Positions 1 to 11,718 of a stretch of DNA of 64,000 bases are shown piece by piece. Origin of the DNA: Brevundimonas vancanneytii (GTDB lineage Bacteria; Bacteroidota; Bacteroidia; Chitinophagales; Chitinophagaceae); the NCBI GenBank assembly GCA_943368425.1, contig CALRLC020000006.1, positions 47,893 through 111,892 on the forward strand. Reading direction: 5' to 3'. The position numbers and the translations under genes are program-made. The notes beneath the pieces are model-generated. The model did no database searches. It saw only the letters and a program-made list of their open reading frames with translations, and was not told where the DNA came from. The number at the start of each line of letters is the position of its first letter. Within the stretch, counting starts at the first letter, position 1.

Positions 1-498
1 GTGCTTGGCGCGTAGTTCTTTGTATTGCGTATCAAAAGAAGGACTTAGAATATCTCCTACTCTCAGTGCATTTCTTCCGGTTTTATCCATGTAAGCTGGG
101 CCAATACCTTTAAGGGTAGATCCGATCTTAGCATCACCCTTTTGCAGTTCAGAAGCTTTATCCAAAGCACGATGACTTGGAACGATGAGATTGGTTCTTT
201 GTGAGATGAAAAGATTTTTACGGACATCGATACCATATGCGGCAACGGCATCGCATTCACGTTTCAATGTTACAGGATCCAATACTACTCCATTTCCAAT
301 GACATTCACAATATGCTGATGGAAAATACCGGAAGGTATCTGGTGCAACACCATTTTTTGTCCATTCACGTATAAAGTGTGTCCGGCATTCGGACCGCCC
401 TGAAAACGGGCAATAATATCATATTTGGGCGCGAAGTAATCTACAATCTTTCCTTTACCCTCATCACCCCACTGTAAACCCAGTAAAACGTCCACCAT
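1..498 (-). CDS. purA: Adenylosuccinate synthetase, 5' part only (runs off the left edge; absent from the ORF track)
   Basis: Manual translation from the ATG at 498 gives MVDVLLGLQWGDEGKGKIVDYFAPKYDIIARFQGGPNAGHT, with the PurA QWGDEGKGK and RFQGGxNAGHT motifs. Confidence 0.96.
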   Translation of the reverse strand, partial: MVDVLLGLQWGDEGKGKIVDYFAPKYDIIARFQGGPNAGHTLYVNGQKMVLHQIPSGIFHQHIVNVIGNGVVLDPVTLKRECDAVAAYGIDVRKNLFISQRTNLIVPSHRALDKASELQKGDAKIGSTLKGIGPAYMDKTGRNALRVGDILSPSFDTQYKELRAKH

Positions 499-570
499 AA
501 GTTTGCTTTGAATCGCGGCAAAAATAGGAGATAGTTTGGGGTTTCGGGAAGAATATTTTTAGGGGTAGGA

Positions 571-651
571 AGTTGACAGTTGTTAGTTGACAGTTTACAG
601 GAAAACTAGTCTTTCTTCTTTCTATCAACTTTCAACTATTATCTATCAACT
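571..651. repeat. Heptamer inverted-arm element, AGTTGAY family, empty
   Basis: AGTTGAC-AGTTGTT-AGTTGAC-AGTTTAC at 571-598 and an inverted array (c)tatcaact-ttcaact-attatct-atcaact at 622-651; lies between the spoT stop and the purA start. Confidence 0.75.
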
Positions 652-657
652 CTATTG

Positions 658-2916
658 TCATTTCTCACTCTCTGTATCAAATCGATCTACCCGTTGAATA
701 CCATTGAGGGATTTCAGTCGGTCAACCAATTCTTCTAACTCTTCTTTATCGTGTACAAATATTTTGATGGTTCCTTCGAATAAACCTTCACTGGATTCAA
801 TGGTTAAACCTGCAATATTGATTCTCAGATCACCACTGATCACATTGGTAATCTTGTTGACTACACCCACATCATCCAAACCAATGATCTTGAGTCCTGT
901 AAGGAATGAAATCTCTTTGTTTTTCGCCCATTTGGTCTTTACCACTCTATGGCCATAGTTGGCGAGTAACTGTGCTGCATTCGGACAACCTGTGCGATGT
1001 ATTATTAATCCTTTGCCGGTACTTACAAAACCAAATACGTCGTCACCCGGAATCGGGTTGCAGCATTTGGCTAGTGTATACATGATCTTGTCACTACTTT
1101 CGCCAAAAATGATTAGCTCAGAATCTTTTTTACTATAGGTTTTTTGTGCCGGATCTGTGATGATCTCCTGTACTACCGGTTTTGGTTTAGGAATTTCGAT
1201 CTTATCTCCCAAAACCTGAAAATCTTTTAGTTCTTTCAGGTCAAGGGCTTTTGTAGCAATTTTATAATGAAGGTCCAGTGAAGAAGGCAATTTGTAAAAC
1301 TGAACCAGTTCATCAATATTATATTGGCTATAGGCAGCACCCATACTTTCCAGTTTTCTTTGGAGCAAGTATTTGCCATCCTCTGCTACTTTTCTTTTTT
1401 CTTCTCTAAGCGCATCTTTGATTTTGTTTCTGGCTTTCGCTGTTACCACAAATCCCAGCCAATCTTCGGATGGTTTTTGTTTATTACTGGTAATGATCTC
1501 AATCTGATCGCCACTTCTCAGTTTGTGACTGATGGGAACCAATTTATGATGTACTTTGGCACCAATACATTTGGTACCGATCGCTGAGTGAATAGAAAAG
1601 GCAAAGTCAAGAGCTGTACTACCCATCGGAAGCATTTTCACTTCCCCTTTTGGGGTGTATACATAGATTTCTTCTGCTAGGAATGAGGTTTTGAAATCTT
1701 GTAAGAAGTCAACACCCTCAGTATCCTGCGTACTCAACACTTCCCTGATCTGACCAAACCATTTATCAAATCTGTCTTCTTCGTTATTTCCTTCCTTGTA
1801 TTTATAATGGGCCGCCAGACCTTTTTCTGCGATTTCATTCATACGTTTCGTGCGAATCTGCACTTCTACCCATTTACCTTGTGGTCCCATTACGGTTGTA
1901 TGCAATGCTTCATAGCCATTGCTCTTGGGGTTACTTAGCCAATCGCGTAAACGTTCGGGGGAAGGCATATACTCATCGGTGATCATGGAATACACTTTCC
2001 AGCAATCTTCTTTTTCTTTTTCAGTAGGGGAGTCTAAGATCACACGAATGGCAAACAGATCATACACTTCTTCAAAAGCAACACCCTTTTTTTTGATTTT
2101 ATTCCAGATAGAATGAATGCTTTTTGGACGGCCATAAATTTCAAAATTGAAATTGGCAGCTTGCATTTTCTCTTTTATCGGACGAATGAACTCATTGATA
2201 TATCGTGTTCTTTCTCTTTTGGTTTCAGCCAATTTCTTGGCAATATCACGGTAGGCTTCCGGCTCCATGTATTTCATGGATAGATCTTCCAATTCGGTCT
2301 TGATATTGTATAAACCCATTCTATGTGCCAGCGGTGCATAGACCCAAACGGTTTCTGAAGCGATCTTCAATTGCTTTTCACGCTTCATGTGATCGAGTGT
2401 TCGCATGTTATGTAAACGATCTGCCAACTTGATCAGGATCACGCGTGGATCATCCGTAAGCGTTAAAAGGATCTTCTTGAAATTTTCAGCCTGTTGTGAT
2501 GTATTGGTATCCATCACTGTAGAGATCTTGGTAAGACCGTCTACTATTCTTGCGATCTCAGTTCCAAATTCACGTTCAATATCCTCCAGTGAAATGTCTG
2601 TGTCTTCAACAGTATCATGTAATAAAGCGCAAATGGTACTTCTTACGCCAAGGCCTATTTCCTCCACACAAATCATTGCAACAGCTATAGGGTGAAGGAT
2701 GTATGGCTCGCCGCTTTTTCGACGCATGGTTTTGTGAGCATCAGCTGCCATTTGAAAGGCATGACGTACCAATTCTTTATCTCCTTTTTTGAGTTTGGAT
2801 TTCAGACTTCTCAAAAGGGCACGGTAATGCCTTAATATTTCATTCTTCTCCTGATCAGCATTCAGGTTATAACGGGGTAATGCCGCCTCTGCAGTAGTAT
2901 CTTTCGCTTGCTCCAT
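658..2916 (-). CDS. spoT: Bifunctional (p)ppGpp synthetase/hydrolase, long RelA/SpoT homologue
   Basis: Intact HD hydrolase motif (LHDTVED), synthetase motifs (GRPKSIHSI, NGYEALHT, EVQIRT), TGS, CC and ACT regions; 752 aa. Confidence 0.95.
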   Translation of the reverse strand: MEQAKDTTAEAALPRYNLNADQEKNEILRHYRALLRSLKSKLKKGDKELVRHAFQMAADAHKTMRRKSGEPYILHPIAVAMICVEEIGLGVRSTICALLHDTVEDTDISLEDIEREFGTEIARIVDGLTKISTVMDTNTSQQAENFKKILLTLTDDPRVILIKLADRLHNMRTLDHMKREKQLKIASETVWVYAPLAHRMGLYNIKTELEDLSMKYMEPEAYRDIAKKLAETKRERTRYINEFIRPIKEKMQAANFNFEIYGRPKSIHSIWNKIKKKGVAFEEVYDLFAIRVILDSPTEKEKEDCWKVYSMITDEYMPSPERLRDWLSNPKSNGYEALHTTVMGPQGKWVEVQIRTKRMNEIAEKGLAAHYKYKEGNNEEDRFDKWFGQIREVLSTQDTEGVDFLQDFKTSFLAEEIYVYTPKGEVKMLPMGSTALDFAFSIHSAIGTKCIGAKVHHKLVPISHKLRSGDQIEIITSNKQKPSEDWLGFVVTAKARNKIKDALREEKRKVAEDGKYLLQRKLESMGAAYSQYNIDELVQFYKLPSSLDLHYKIATKALDLKELKDFQVLGDKIEIPKPKPVVQEIITDPAQKTYSKKDSELIIFGESSDKIMYTLAKCCNPIPGDDVFGFVSTGKGLIIHRTGCPNAAQLLANYGHRVVKTKWAKNKEISFLTGLKIIGLDDVGVVNKITNVISGDLRINIAGLTIESSEGLFEGTIKIFVHDKEELEELVDRLKSLNGIQRVDRFDTESEK

Positions 2917-2936
2917 ATCTGAATACGAATATACGG

Positions 2937-3008
2937 ATAGTCTGTGGTCATTGGTTCATAGTCCATGACCTATAAGCCATAGACTATGGGCTATCGACCA
3001 TGGACCAT
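2937..3008. repeat. Heptamer inverted-arm element, ATRGTCY family, empty
   Basis: ATAGTCT-GTGGTCA-TTGGTTC-ATAGTCC on the left; ccatagactatgggctatcgaccatggaccat on the right (reverse complement ATGGTCC-ATGGTCG-ATAGCCC-ATAGTCT); between divergent genes. Confidence 0.7.
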
Positions 3009-3067
3009 CAAAAATTACAGCATCGGTAAACACCACCCCGCCTTAGTTGTTACCTTTGGCAACTGTC

Positions 3068-4885
3068 ATGAGTGAAACGAGTAAAAAGAAGGTATTTGAT
3101 TTTTCCTTGCTAGGCAGGGTGTTCCATTTTGTGAAGCCTTACAAAGGCATGTTCTATCTCAGTTTGGTGTTGGCTGTGGTAATGGCTTTGTTCGCCCCTA
3201 TCAGACCATATCTGATTCAGTTAACCGTAGATAAAGCAACTGGTAAATCGGTTCACGCGCCCGGATGGTTGGAGACGCTACTTTTCAATACCGATCTTTC
3301 AGATGCGAGTCGATTCATTATCGCTGTTACACTTTTTCAAATCGTATTTCTGGTCGTAGAAACATCCATACGTTTTGTTTTCAGTTTTATTACAGCGTCT
3401 ATGGGACAGCATGTGGTGAAAGACATTCGCATTGCTGTGTATAAAAAAATATTAGGGCTGAATCTTCGACAATTCGATAAAACGCCTATTGGTACATTGA
3501 CTACAAGAACCATTGATGACATTGAAAGGATCAATGATATTTTTTCTGATGGCCTTATTCCAATCATCGCAGATCTTTTGATTATTATTATTACACTCGC
3601 CACCATGTTTTGGATGGATTGGCGTCTGACACTCATCAGCCTCGCGCCTTTTCCGATCATGATCATTGCCACTTATTATTTCAAAGAAAGTGTCAATAAA
3701 AGTTTCATCAAAGTGCGCAATGCGGTGGCCAGTTTAAATGCATTTGTTCAAGAGCACATCACCGGAATGCAGGTGGTACAGGCATTTGCGGCTGAGGATA
3801 GGGAGATGAGTAAGTTCAAAAATATTAATGCTGAGCATCGAAATGCCAATATCAAAGCCATTTTTGCTTACTCTGTTTTCTTTCCTATCGTAGAAGTAGT
3901 ACTTGCATTGAGCACCGGATTATTGGTATGGTGGATAGCGGGCAAAGCATTGGATGCAGGTTTATTGATGGCTTTTATATTATACCTAAACCAGATATTT
4001 CGTCCTTTACGTGTCATTGCCGATAAGTTCAATGTATTGCAAATGGGGATGGTTGCAGCAGAAAGAGTATTCAAAGTTCTCGATAATACCGATGAACTTT
4101 CGGATGCTGATAAAGGATCTTATCAACCTGCTGTTATTAAAGGAGATATTGCTTTTGAACAAGTTTCCTTTGCTTATATCGATGAAAATTACGTACTGAA
4201 AAACGTGAGTTTTCAAGTGAAAGCAGGTGAAACAGTGGCATTGGTTGGACATACCGGCAGCGGTAAAACCTCCATCATCAGCTTATTGAACAGATTGTAC
4301 CACATTCAAAAGGGTGTGATTAATATGGATGGTGTCAATATCAATGAATATGACATTGATCGATTGAGAAAAAGTATGGGTGTGGTGTTACAAGATGTAT
4401 TCTTGTTTTCTGGTTCTGTAATGGATAATATCACACTTCGGGATCCCTCCATTCGTAAAGAACAAGTGATAGAAGCCGCGAAGATGATCGGGGTACATGA
4501 TTTTATCATGCAATTGCCGGGTGGCTATGATTACAATGTGATGGAAAGAGGGAGTACGCTTAGTTTGGGTCAAAGACAACTGCTGTCATTCATACGTGCA
4601 TTATTGTATAATCCATCTGTATTGATCTTAGATGAAGCCACATCTTCTATTGATACAGAAAGTGAAATGTTGATCGAAAAAGCGATTGATAAACTCATCT
4701 CCGGCAGAACCTCTATTGTAATTGCTCACAGACTTTCTACTATTCGCAAAGCGGATAAAATTATAGTGCTGGATAAAGGCGAGATCAAAGAGATCGGCAG
4801 TCATGATGAACTCTTGCTTATGGGTGGGTTTTATGCCAAATTACATGAGATGCAATTTGAAAAAAAGAAGACCAGCTTAGTTTAA
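3068..4885 (+). CDS. ABC exporter, fused TMD plus NBD (MsbA/MdlB-like)
   Basis: Walker A GHTGSGKT, signature LSLGQRQ, Walker B LILDEATS. Start moved to the ATG at 3068, downstream of a TACCTTTG box. Confidence 0.9.
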   Translation: MSETSKKKVFDFSLLGRVFHFVKPYKGMFYLSLVLAVVMALFAPIRPYLIQLTVDKATGKSVHAPGWLETLLFNTDLSDASRFIIAVTLFQIVFLVVETSIRFVFSFITASMGQHVVKDIRIAVYKKILGLNLRQFDKTPIGTLTTRTIDDIERINDIFSDGLIPIIADLLIIIITLATMFWMDWRLTLISLAPFPIMIIATYYFKESVNKSFIKVRNAVASLNAFVQEHITGMQVVQAFAAEDREMSKFKNINAEHRNANIKAIFAYSVFFPIVEVVLALSTGLLVWWIAGKALDAGLLMAFILYLNQIFRPLRVIADKFNVLQMGMVAAERVFKVLDNTDELSDADKGSYQPAVIKGDIAFEQVSFAYIDENYVLKNVSFQVKAGETVALVGHTGSGKTSIISLLNRLYHIQKGVINMDGVNINEYDIDRLRKSMGVVLQDVFLFSGSVMDNITLRDPSIRKEQVIEAAKMIGVHDFIMQLPGGYDYNVMERGSTLSLGQRQLLSFIRALLYNPSVLILDEATSSIDTESEMLIEKAIDKLISGRTSIVIAHRLSTIRKADKIIVLDKGEIKEIGSHDELLLMGGFYAKLHEMQFEKKKTSLV

Positions 4886-5110
4886 AAGAGGCTCTTGTGA
4901 AGATATTAACTTCATTTTTCATATAAAAGCTCTTTTCTAAAGGATATCTCGTCTCAGGATCACTAAAATAAGCTAACAGATACACCCATCAATTAGCACC
5001 CTTGAGTCTTGAAAAAATCAAAAACTTGTTGGAAAATGAGCCGGAAGGTCATAGTTGATTTTTTTCTTTCTTTTCCTGCTTAGACTTTCCTTTTTCACCC
5101 CCTTTACCCC

Positions 5111-5118
5111 TATCTTTG
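5111..5118 (+). promoter_or_regulatory. Bacteroidota -7 promoter box of the atp operon
   Basis: TATCTTTG matches TAnnTTTG, 20 nt upstream of the likely atpB ATG at 5139. Confidence 0.6.
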
Positions 5119-5138
5119 CCGCAAATTTCGAGACAGGT

Positions 5139-6478
<1,340 letters not shown>

Positions 6479-6491
6479 TCCGTTCAACTTT

Positions 6492-6531
6492 TTATACGGA
6501 CCCCATGCAAAGGGCGGAAGGGTCCGTATAA
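6492..6531 (+). other. Intra-operon hairpin between atpE and atpF
   Basis: Perfect 12-bp stem TTATACGGACCC/GGGTCCGTATAA with a 16-nt loop. Confidence 0.6.
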
Positions 6532-6573
6532 CTTTCAAAGAAAGAAATTTCAAACGTTGTATAAACATAGTTT

Positions 6574-7083
6574 ATGTTATTAGAGATCAACCCGCTGGTA
6601 TTACCTGATATCGGATTAGTATTCTGGAATACCGTTGCATTCATCGTTTTATTCTTTGTATTGCGCGCCTTCGCATGGAAGCCCATGCTAAAAGCCATTC
6701 ATGACCGCGAGCAAGGAATTGAGGATGCTTTGAGCAAAGCTGATAAAATGAAGGCTGATATAGCTGCTATGCAGAGTGAAAATGAAGCATTGCTGGCAAA
6801 AGCCCGTGAAGAAAGAGCACAGATGATCAAAGAAGCGAAAGAGACCGCTGATAAAATGGTTGCTGACGCTAAAGAGAAAGCAAAGAACGAATACGATAGA
6901 ATTGTTGCAGATGCACAATTGGCTATTAACCAACAAAAGAATGCTGCTTTAACGGATGTTAAAAATCAGGTGGGTTCTTTAGTAGTGGAAGTGGCAGAAA
7001 AAGTATTGCGTCGTGAACTGAGCAATAAAGCTGAACAGGAAAACTACATCAAGCAACTGTCTGATGGAGTGAAACTGAATTAA
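6574..7083 (+). CDS. atpF: F0 ATP synthase subunit b
   Basis: N-terminal TM helix (FWNTVAFIVLFFVLRAFAWKP) followed by a long coiled coil; expected operon position. Confidence 0.93.
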   Translation: MLLEINPLVLPDIGLVFWNTVAFIVLFFVLRAFAWKPMLKAIHDREQGIEDALSKADKMKADIAAMQSENEALLAKAREERAQMIKEAKETADKMVADAKEKAKNEYDRIVADAQLAINQQKNAALTDVKNQVGSLVVEVAEKVLRRELSNKAEQENYIKQLSDGVKLN

Positions 7084-7105
7084 TAAATTTTTCAAATTAG
7101 AATAA

Positions 7106-7669
7106 ATGCAGAATCCACGTTTAGCAGGAAGATACGCTAAGAGTCTGGTTGACCTCGCTACAGAAAAAGGGCAACTGGAGACAGTGTATGCGGATATGAA
7201 GTACCTGCAGGCTGTTTGCAAAAGCAGTAGAGATTTTGTAAACCTCTTGAAGAGTCCCGTGATCAAAGCGGATCAGAAGAATAGCATTATCACTGCTGTT
7301 ACCACTGGAAAAATCAGTGAGTTAACTGCTGCTTTTAATAACCTGTTGGTGAAGAAAGGACGTGAAGGAGATCTTCATGAGATCGCTAATGCATTCATCG
7401 ATCAATACAATGAAATCAAAGGTATCCATAAAGTAGTACTTACTACTGCAGTACCTGTGAGCGAAGAGTTGAAAAAATCTATTGAGCAGAAAGTAAAAGG
7501 TGAGAAGAGCTTTGCGAACATTGAATTGGAAACAAAAACAAATGAAAATCTGATCGGTGGATTTGTTCTTGAGTTCAATAATAACCTGGTTGATGCAAGT
7601 ATTTTGCGTGACCTGAAAGACATTAAAAAACAGTTCCTGCAGAATTTGTATGTTCAGCAGTTACGATAA
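7106..7669 (+). CDS. atpH: F1 ATP synthase subunit delta
   Basis: RYAKSL N-terminus and LIGGFVL...VDASI C-terminal motif. Confidence 0.93.
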   Translation: MQNPRLAGRYAKSLVDLATEKGQLETVYADMKYLQAVCKSSRDFVNLLKSPVIKADQKNSIITAVTTGKISELTAAFNNLLVKKGREGDLHEIANAFIDQYNEIKGIHKVVLTTAVPVSEELKKSIEQKVKGEKSFANIELETKTNENLIGGFVLEFNNNLVDASILRDLKDIKKQFLQNLYVQQLR

Positions 7670-7701
7670 TAAAAACACAATCATCATTAAAAGAATACAG
7701 T

Positions 7702-9279
7702 ATGGTGGACATTAAACCCGATGAAATATCAGCGATACTGAGACAGCAGCTCAGCAACTTCAATGTATCTGCCGATTTAGAAGAAGTGGGTACCGTGTTA
7801 CAGGTAGGTGACGGTATCGCCCGTGTGTATGGCCTGAATGGCGTACGCAGTGGTGAACTGGTTGAATTTGAAAACGGCACCAAAGCCATTGCCCTAAACC
7901 TTGAAGAAGACAACGTGGGTGTGGTATTGATGGGAGAGAGCAGTGATATCAAAGAAGGTGCTAAAGTAAAAAGAACCGGTAAGATCGCCTCTATTAAAGT
8001 GGGTGAAGGTGTGGTTGGTCGTGTGATCAATACCCTCGGAGAACCTATCGACGGTAAAGGTCCAATCACTGGTGAATTATACGAAATGCCTTTAGAGCGT
8101 AAAGCACCAGGGGTAATTTATCGTGAGCCAGTAAAAGAACCATTGCAAACAGGTATCAAAGCCATCGATGCAATGATCCCAGTAGGTCGTGGTCAGCGTG
8201 AGTTGGTGATCGGTGACCGTCAGACCGGTAAAACCGCTATCTGTATCGATACCATCATCAATCAGAAAGAATTTTACGATGCAGGAAAACCTGTATACTG
8301 TATATATGTTGCGATCGGACAAAAAGCTTCTACCGTTGCCGGTGTAATGAAGACTCTGGCTGATAATGGTGCAATGGCTTATACTACCATCGTAGCAGCT
8401 TCTGCATCTGATCCTGCACCTCAGCAGTTCTATGCTCCATTCGCCGGTGCTGCAATTGGTGAATTCTTCCGTGATACGGGTCGTCCTGCATTGATCATTT
8501 ATGATGACCTGTCTAAGCAAGCGGTTGCTTATCGTGAAGTTTCTCTGTTGTTGAGAAGACCTCCAGGACGTGAAGCATATCCGGGTGACGTATTCTACCT
8601 GCACAGCCGTTTGTTAGAGCGTGCAGCGAAAGTGATCGCGAATGATGATGTTGCTAAAAACATGAACGATCTTCCTGAGTCTATTAAGCACCTTGTAAAA
8701 GGTGGTGGTTCTTTGACAGCATTGCCGATCATTGAAACACAAGCAGGTGACGTTTCTGCATACATTCCTACCAACGTAATTTCTATTACTGACGGACAGA
8801 TCTTCTTGGAAGGTAACTTGTTCAACGCAGGTATTCGTCCGGCGATCAACGTAGGTATCTCTGTAAGCCGTGTGGGTGGTAACGCACAGATAAAGTCCAT
8901 GAAAAAAGTTGCAGGTACACTGAAACTGGATCAGGCATTGTATCGTGAGATGGAAGCCTTCTCAAAATTCGGTGGTGATCTGGATGCTGCTACTAAAATG
9001 GTATTGGATAAAGGTGCCCGTAACGTAGAAATTTTGAAGCAGGCACAATATTCTCCTTTCTCTGTTGAAAAGCAAGTAGCCATCATTTACCTCGGTACAC
9101 AAGGTTTATTGCGTGAAGTTGCTGTGAAAAAAGTGAAAGACTTTGAAGCACACTTCCTCATGGAAATGGAAAACAAATTACCTGATGTACTGGCCGAATT
9201 CAAAAAAGGTAATCTGCCTGAAGACGGTATCAACAAAATGGTTGAACTGGCGAAGAGCTTGATGCCACAGTACAAATAA
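7702..9279 (+). CDS. atpA: F1 ATP synthase subunit alpha
   Basis: [32 protein letters not shown] and [14 protein letters not shown] motifs. Confidence 0.98.
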   Translation: MVDIKPDEISAILRQQLSNFNVSADLEEVGTVLQVGDGIARVYGLNGVRSGELVEFENGTKAIALNLEEDNVGVVLMGESSDIKEGAKVKRTGKIASIKVGEGVVGRVINTLGEPIDGKGPITGELYEMPLERKAPGVIYREPVKEPLQTGIKAIDAMIPVGRGQRELVIGDRQTGKTAICIDTIINQKEFYDAGKPVYCIYVAIGQKASTVAGVMKTLADNGAMAYTTIVAASASDPAPQQFYAPFAGAAIGEFFRDTGRPALIIYDDLSKQAVAYREVSLLLRRPPGREAYPGDVFYLHSRLLERAAKVIANDDVAKNMNDLPESIKHLVKGGGSLTALPIIETQAGDVSAYIPTNVISITDGQIFLEGNLFNAGIRPAINVGISVSRVGGNAQIKSMKKVAGTLKLDQALYREMEAFSKFGGDLDAATKMVLDKGARNVEILKQAQYSPFSVEKQVAIIYLGTQGLLREVAVKKVKDFEAHFLMEMENKLPDVLAEFKKGNLPEDGINKMVELAKSLMPQYK

Positions 9280-9303
9280 TCAGTCTAACCTTTATGATTA
9301 TAC

Positions 9304-9332
9304 AAGCCTCGGATTTTTTCCGGGGCTTTTTT
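9304..9332 (+). terminator. Intrinsic terminator after atpA
   Basis: Stem AAGCCTCGGA/TCCGGGGCTT followed by a T-run. Confidence 0.8.
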
Positions 9333-9373
9333 ATTGGAAATCAATTAGTTATTATAGTAATAAAAAAGTTTCA

Positions 9374-9412
9374 TTTATAATTTGGTTTATAAAATAAACT
9401 ATTCTATGTTTG
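9374..9412 (+). promoter_or_regulatory. Bacteroidota promoter (-33 TTTG, -7 TATGTTTG) with an overlapping inverted repeat
   Basis: TTTG at 9381-9384, a 20-nt spacer, TATGTTTG at 9405-9412. TTTATAA-n6-TTATAAA (9374-9393) straddles the -33 box. Confidence 0.6.
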
Positions 9413-9433
9413 TCCTGTCAAAACAACTGAACA

Positions 9434-11641
9434 ATGAAAACATGGATGATTGCCCTGATGATCGTACTACTTATAAGCGGTATTCAGGCACAGGTTAGAG
9501 TAACTGGTTCTGTAAAAGATCAAAAAGGTAGAATTCTGGCAGGAGCCAATATTGTTGTAAAAGGGTCTTATGATGGAGGTGTATCAGATTCTACCGGTGG
9601 TTTTTCTTTCAAAACTTATGAGAAAGGAAAACAATTCATTGTTGCGAGTAGCATTGGAAATAAAACAGTAGAACAAGAAGTAAACATAGATTCTCTTCCT
9701 ATTGAAATTGATTTTATCCTCAAAGAAGAGATCAGCGAACTCAAAGCAGTAACCGTTACAGCCGGAAGTTTTGAAGCAGGCGATAAAAAAAGAGCCGCTA
9801 CCGTATTAAGTTCTTTAGATGTGTATACAACAGGAGGTGCCAACGCTGATATTTCTGCGGTGGTAAAAACTTTACCGGGTGCACAACAGGTCGGCGAACA
9901 AGAAGGATTGTTTGTACGTGGTGGTGCGGGTTATGAAGCCAAACAATTTATCGATGGAACATTAGTGAACAATCCATTCTTTGCCAGTGTACCTGATATC
10001 GCTTCACGTGGACGTTTTGCTCCGGCACTTTTTAAAGGAACTGTATTCAGTACAGGAGGCTATTCAGCTTTGTACGGACAAGCACTCTCTTCCGCACTCA
10101 TCATGGAAAGTATTGATATTCCTGATCGTTCAGAAGTATCTGCATCTATCTCATCCGTATTTCTTGGAGCCGGTTTACAAAAAGTAGCAAAAGATAAAAA
10201 GTCTTCTTGGGGTGGCAACTATGGTTATACCAACCTTCTTCCTTACTTCAGTATTGTCAAACAAAAACCTGATTATTTCCGTATGCCTGAGTTTCATACT
10301 GCAGATCTCAACTTCCGTATGAAAACCAAAAACGGTGGTATGATCAAATACTATGGAACTTTTGGAGCGAGTGATCTTGGTTTACGTAGACCGAATATCG
10401 ATGACCCTAATTTGAAGAACGCTTTTGGTCTGAATAATATCAACGTATATAACAATCTCAGTTGGAGAGAAAACCTGGGGAATGGCTGGAAAATGAACCT
10501 GGGATTGGGTTACAGCACAGACTTCAATGAGATTGATCAACAAATACAGAACCAACAAAATCAAAAGATCACAACCGGACAGTCTTGGATTGATAATAAT
10601 AATTTCTTGATCAACACACGCTCAGACTTATCGCAGATCAAAGCTGTTTTTGATAAAAGATTAAGTGGTATCAGTGTCTTGCGTATGGGTGGTGAATACA
10701 TGTACTTCTATAATCGCAGTACATTCAATAACCAGACCGCAACATTACCTGACCACTTCAAAGCCATATTCTCAGAAGCGGATCTCTATATTACCAATGA
10801 TCTGGCAGCAAAAGTAGGAGCGCGTTTTGAACATTCTTCTTTGATCAATAAAGCCAATATTGCTCCACGTTTATCATTGGCATACAAAACTGGTAAAGGT
10901 GCGCAGATGAGTATTGCATACGGTGAGTTTTATCAGAAACCGGAAAACAATTATCTATATGCAACTACCAACTTTGGTTATGCCAAAGCCACACACTTTA
11001 TAGCAAACTATATTAAGAACACTGCTTTACAAACATTTCGCGTAGAAGCATTTTACAAGAAATATGATGGACTGGTAAAAACACATCCTTCATTTAACAA
11101 TGCAGGGGCCGGTGATGCAAAAGGAGTAGAATTATTCTGGAGAGATAAAAAAACATTCAAAGGGTTGGATTATTGGGTTAGTTATTCTTACCTAGATACT
11201 AAAAGAGATTTTTTGAATTATCCCAAACAACTGCAACCAACATTCGCAGCCAATCATACTGCCTCTTTTGTGATGAAGCGGTTCATCAGCAAGATCAATA
11301 CTGGATTCAATTTCACGTATTCTTATGCTACCGGTCGTCCGTACTATCATTTGGTGCAAAATGGGGCACAGTTCACCATTGCTGACCAAGGTAAAACGAT
11401 CGATTATCACAATCTCGGATTCAGCTTTAACTACCTGACCTCATTAGGAAAAGCTTATGCAGTACTAGTTGGATCAGTTACCAATGTGCTGAACAGCAAA
11501 CAAATATTCGGATACAATTACTCTTACAACGGACAAAGAAAAGAAGCCATCACCCCTCCGGCACCACAATTCTTTTTCTTAGGTGTATTCCTGAGTTGGG
11601 GAGTGGATAGAAGACAAGATGCTATAAATAATAATTTATAA
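9434..11641 (+). CDS. TonB-dependent outer-membrane receptor with an N-terminal carboxypeptidase-regulatory-like domain
   Basis: Signal peptide; VTGSVKD...GANIVVKG beta-sandwich; plug motifs (LPGAQQ, LFVRGG, FIDG); alternating beta-barrel pattern. Confidence 0.85.
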   Translation: MKTWMIALMIVLLISGIQAQVRVTGSVKDQKGRILAGANIVVKGSYDGGVSDSTGGFSFKTYEKGKQFIVASSIGNKTVEQEVNIDSLPIEIDFILKEEISELKAVTVTAGSFEAGDKKRAATVLSSLDVYTTGGANADISAVVKTLPGAQQVGEQEGLFVRGGAGYEAKQFIDGTLVNNPFFASVPDIASRGRFAPALFKGTVFSTGGYSALYGQALSSALIMESIDIPDRSEVSASISSVFLGAGLQKVAKDKKSSWGGNYGYTNLLPYFSIVKQKPDYFRMPEFHTADLNFRMKTKNGGMIKYYGTFGASDLGLRRPNIDDPNLKNAFGLNNINVYNNLSWRENLGNGWKMNLGLGYSTDFNEIDQQIQNQQNQKITTGQSWIDNNNFLINTRSDLSQIKAVFDKRLSGISVLRMGGEYMYFYNRSTFNNQTATLPDHFKAIFSEADLYITNDLAAKVGARFEHSSLINKANIAPRLSLAYKTGKGAQMSIAYGEFYQKPENNYLYATTNFGYAKATHFIANYIKNTALQTFRVEAFYKKYDGLVKTHPSFNNAGAGDAKGVELFWRDKKTFKGLDYWVSYSYLDTKRDFLNYPKQLQPTFAANHTASFVMKRFISKINTGFNFTYSYATGRPYYHLVQNGAQFTIADQGKTIDYHNLGFSFNYLTSLGKAYAVLVGSVTNVLNSKQIFGYNYSYNGQRKEAITPPAPQFFFLGVFLSWGVDRRQDAINNNL

Positions 11642-11710
11642 GCCTCAAGCTGCAAGCTACAGGCGACAAGTAAGAATCAAATCAAAGATCAAAAAATCAA
11701 AAAATCAAAC
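11641..11710. repeat. Solo arms of two families in tandem: AAGCTRC heptamers and the ATCAA(A/G) 7-8-mer array
   Basis: AGCCTCA-AGCTGCA-AGCTACA-GGCGACA at 11641-11668, then aatcaaatcaaagatcaaaaaatcaaaaaatcaaac at 11675-11710. Confidence 0.7.
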
Positions 11711-11718
11711 TTAAAACC

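Noticed and set aside
7623-8900. Several 100-170-aa antisense ORFs inside atpA (similar ones occur inside leuS and ileS)
   Set aside because: They are shadow ORFs of strongly codon-biased housekeeping genes, with no motifs or independent signals.
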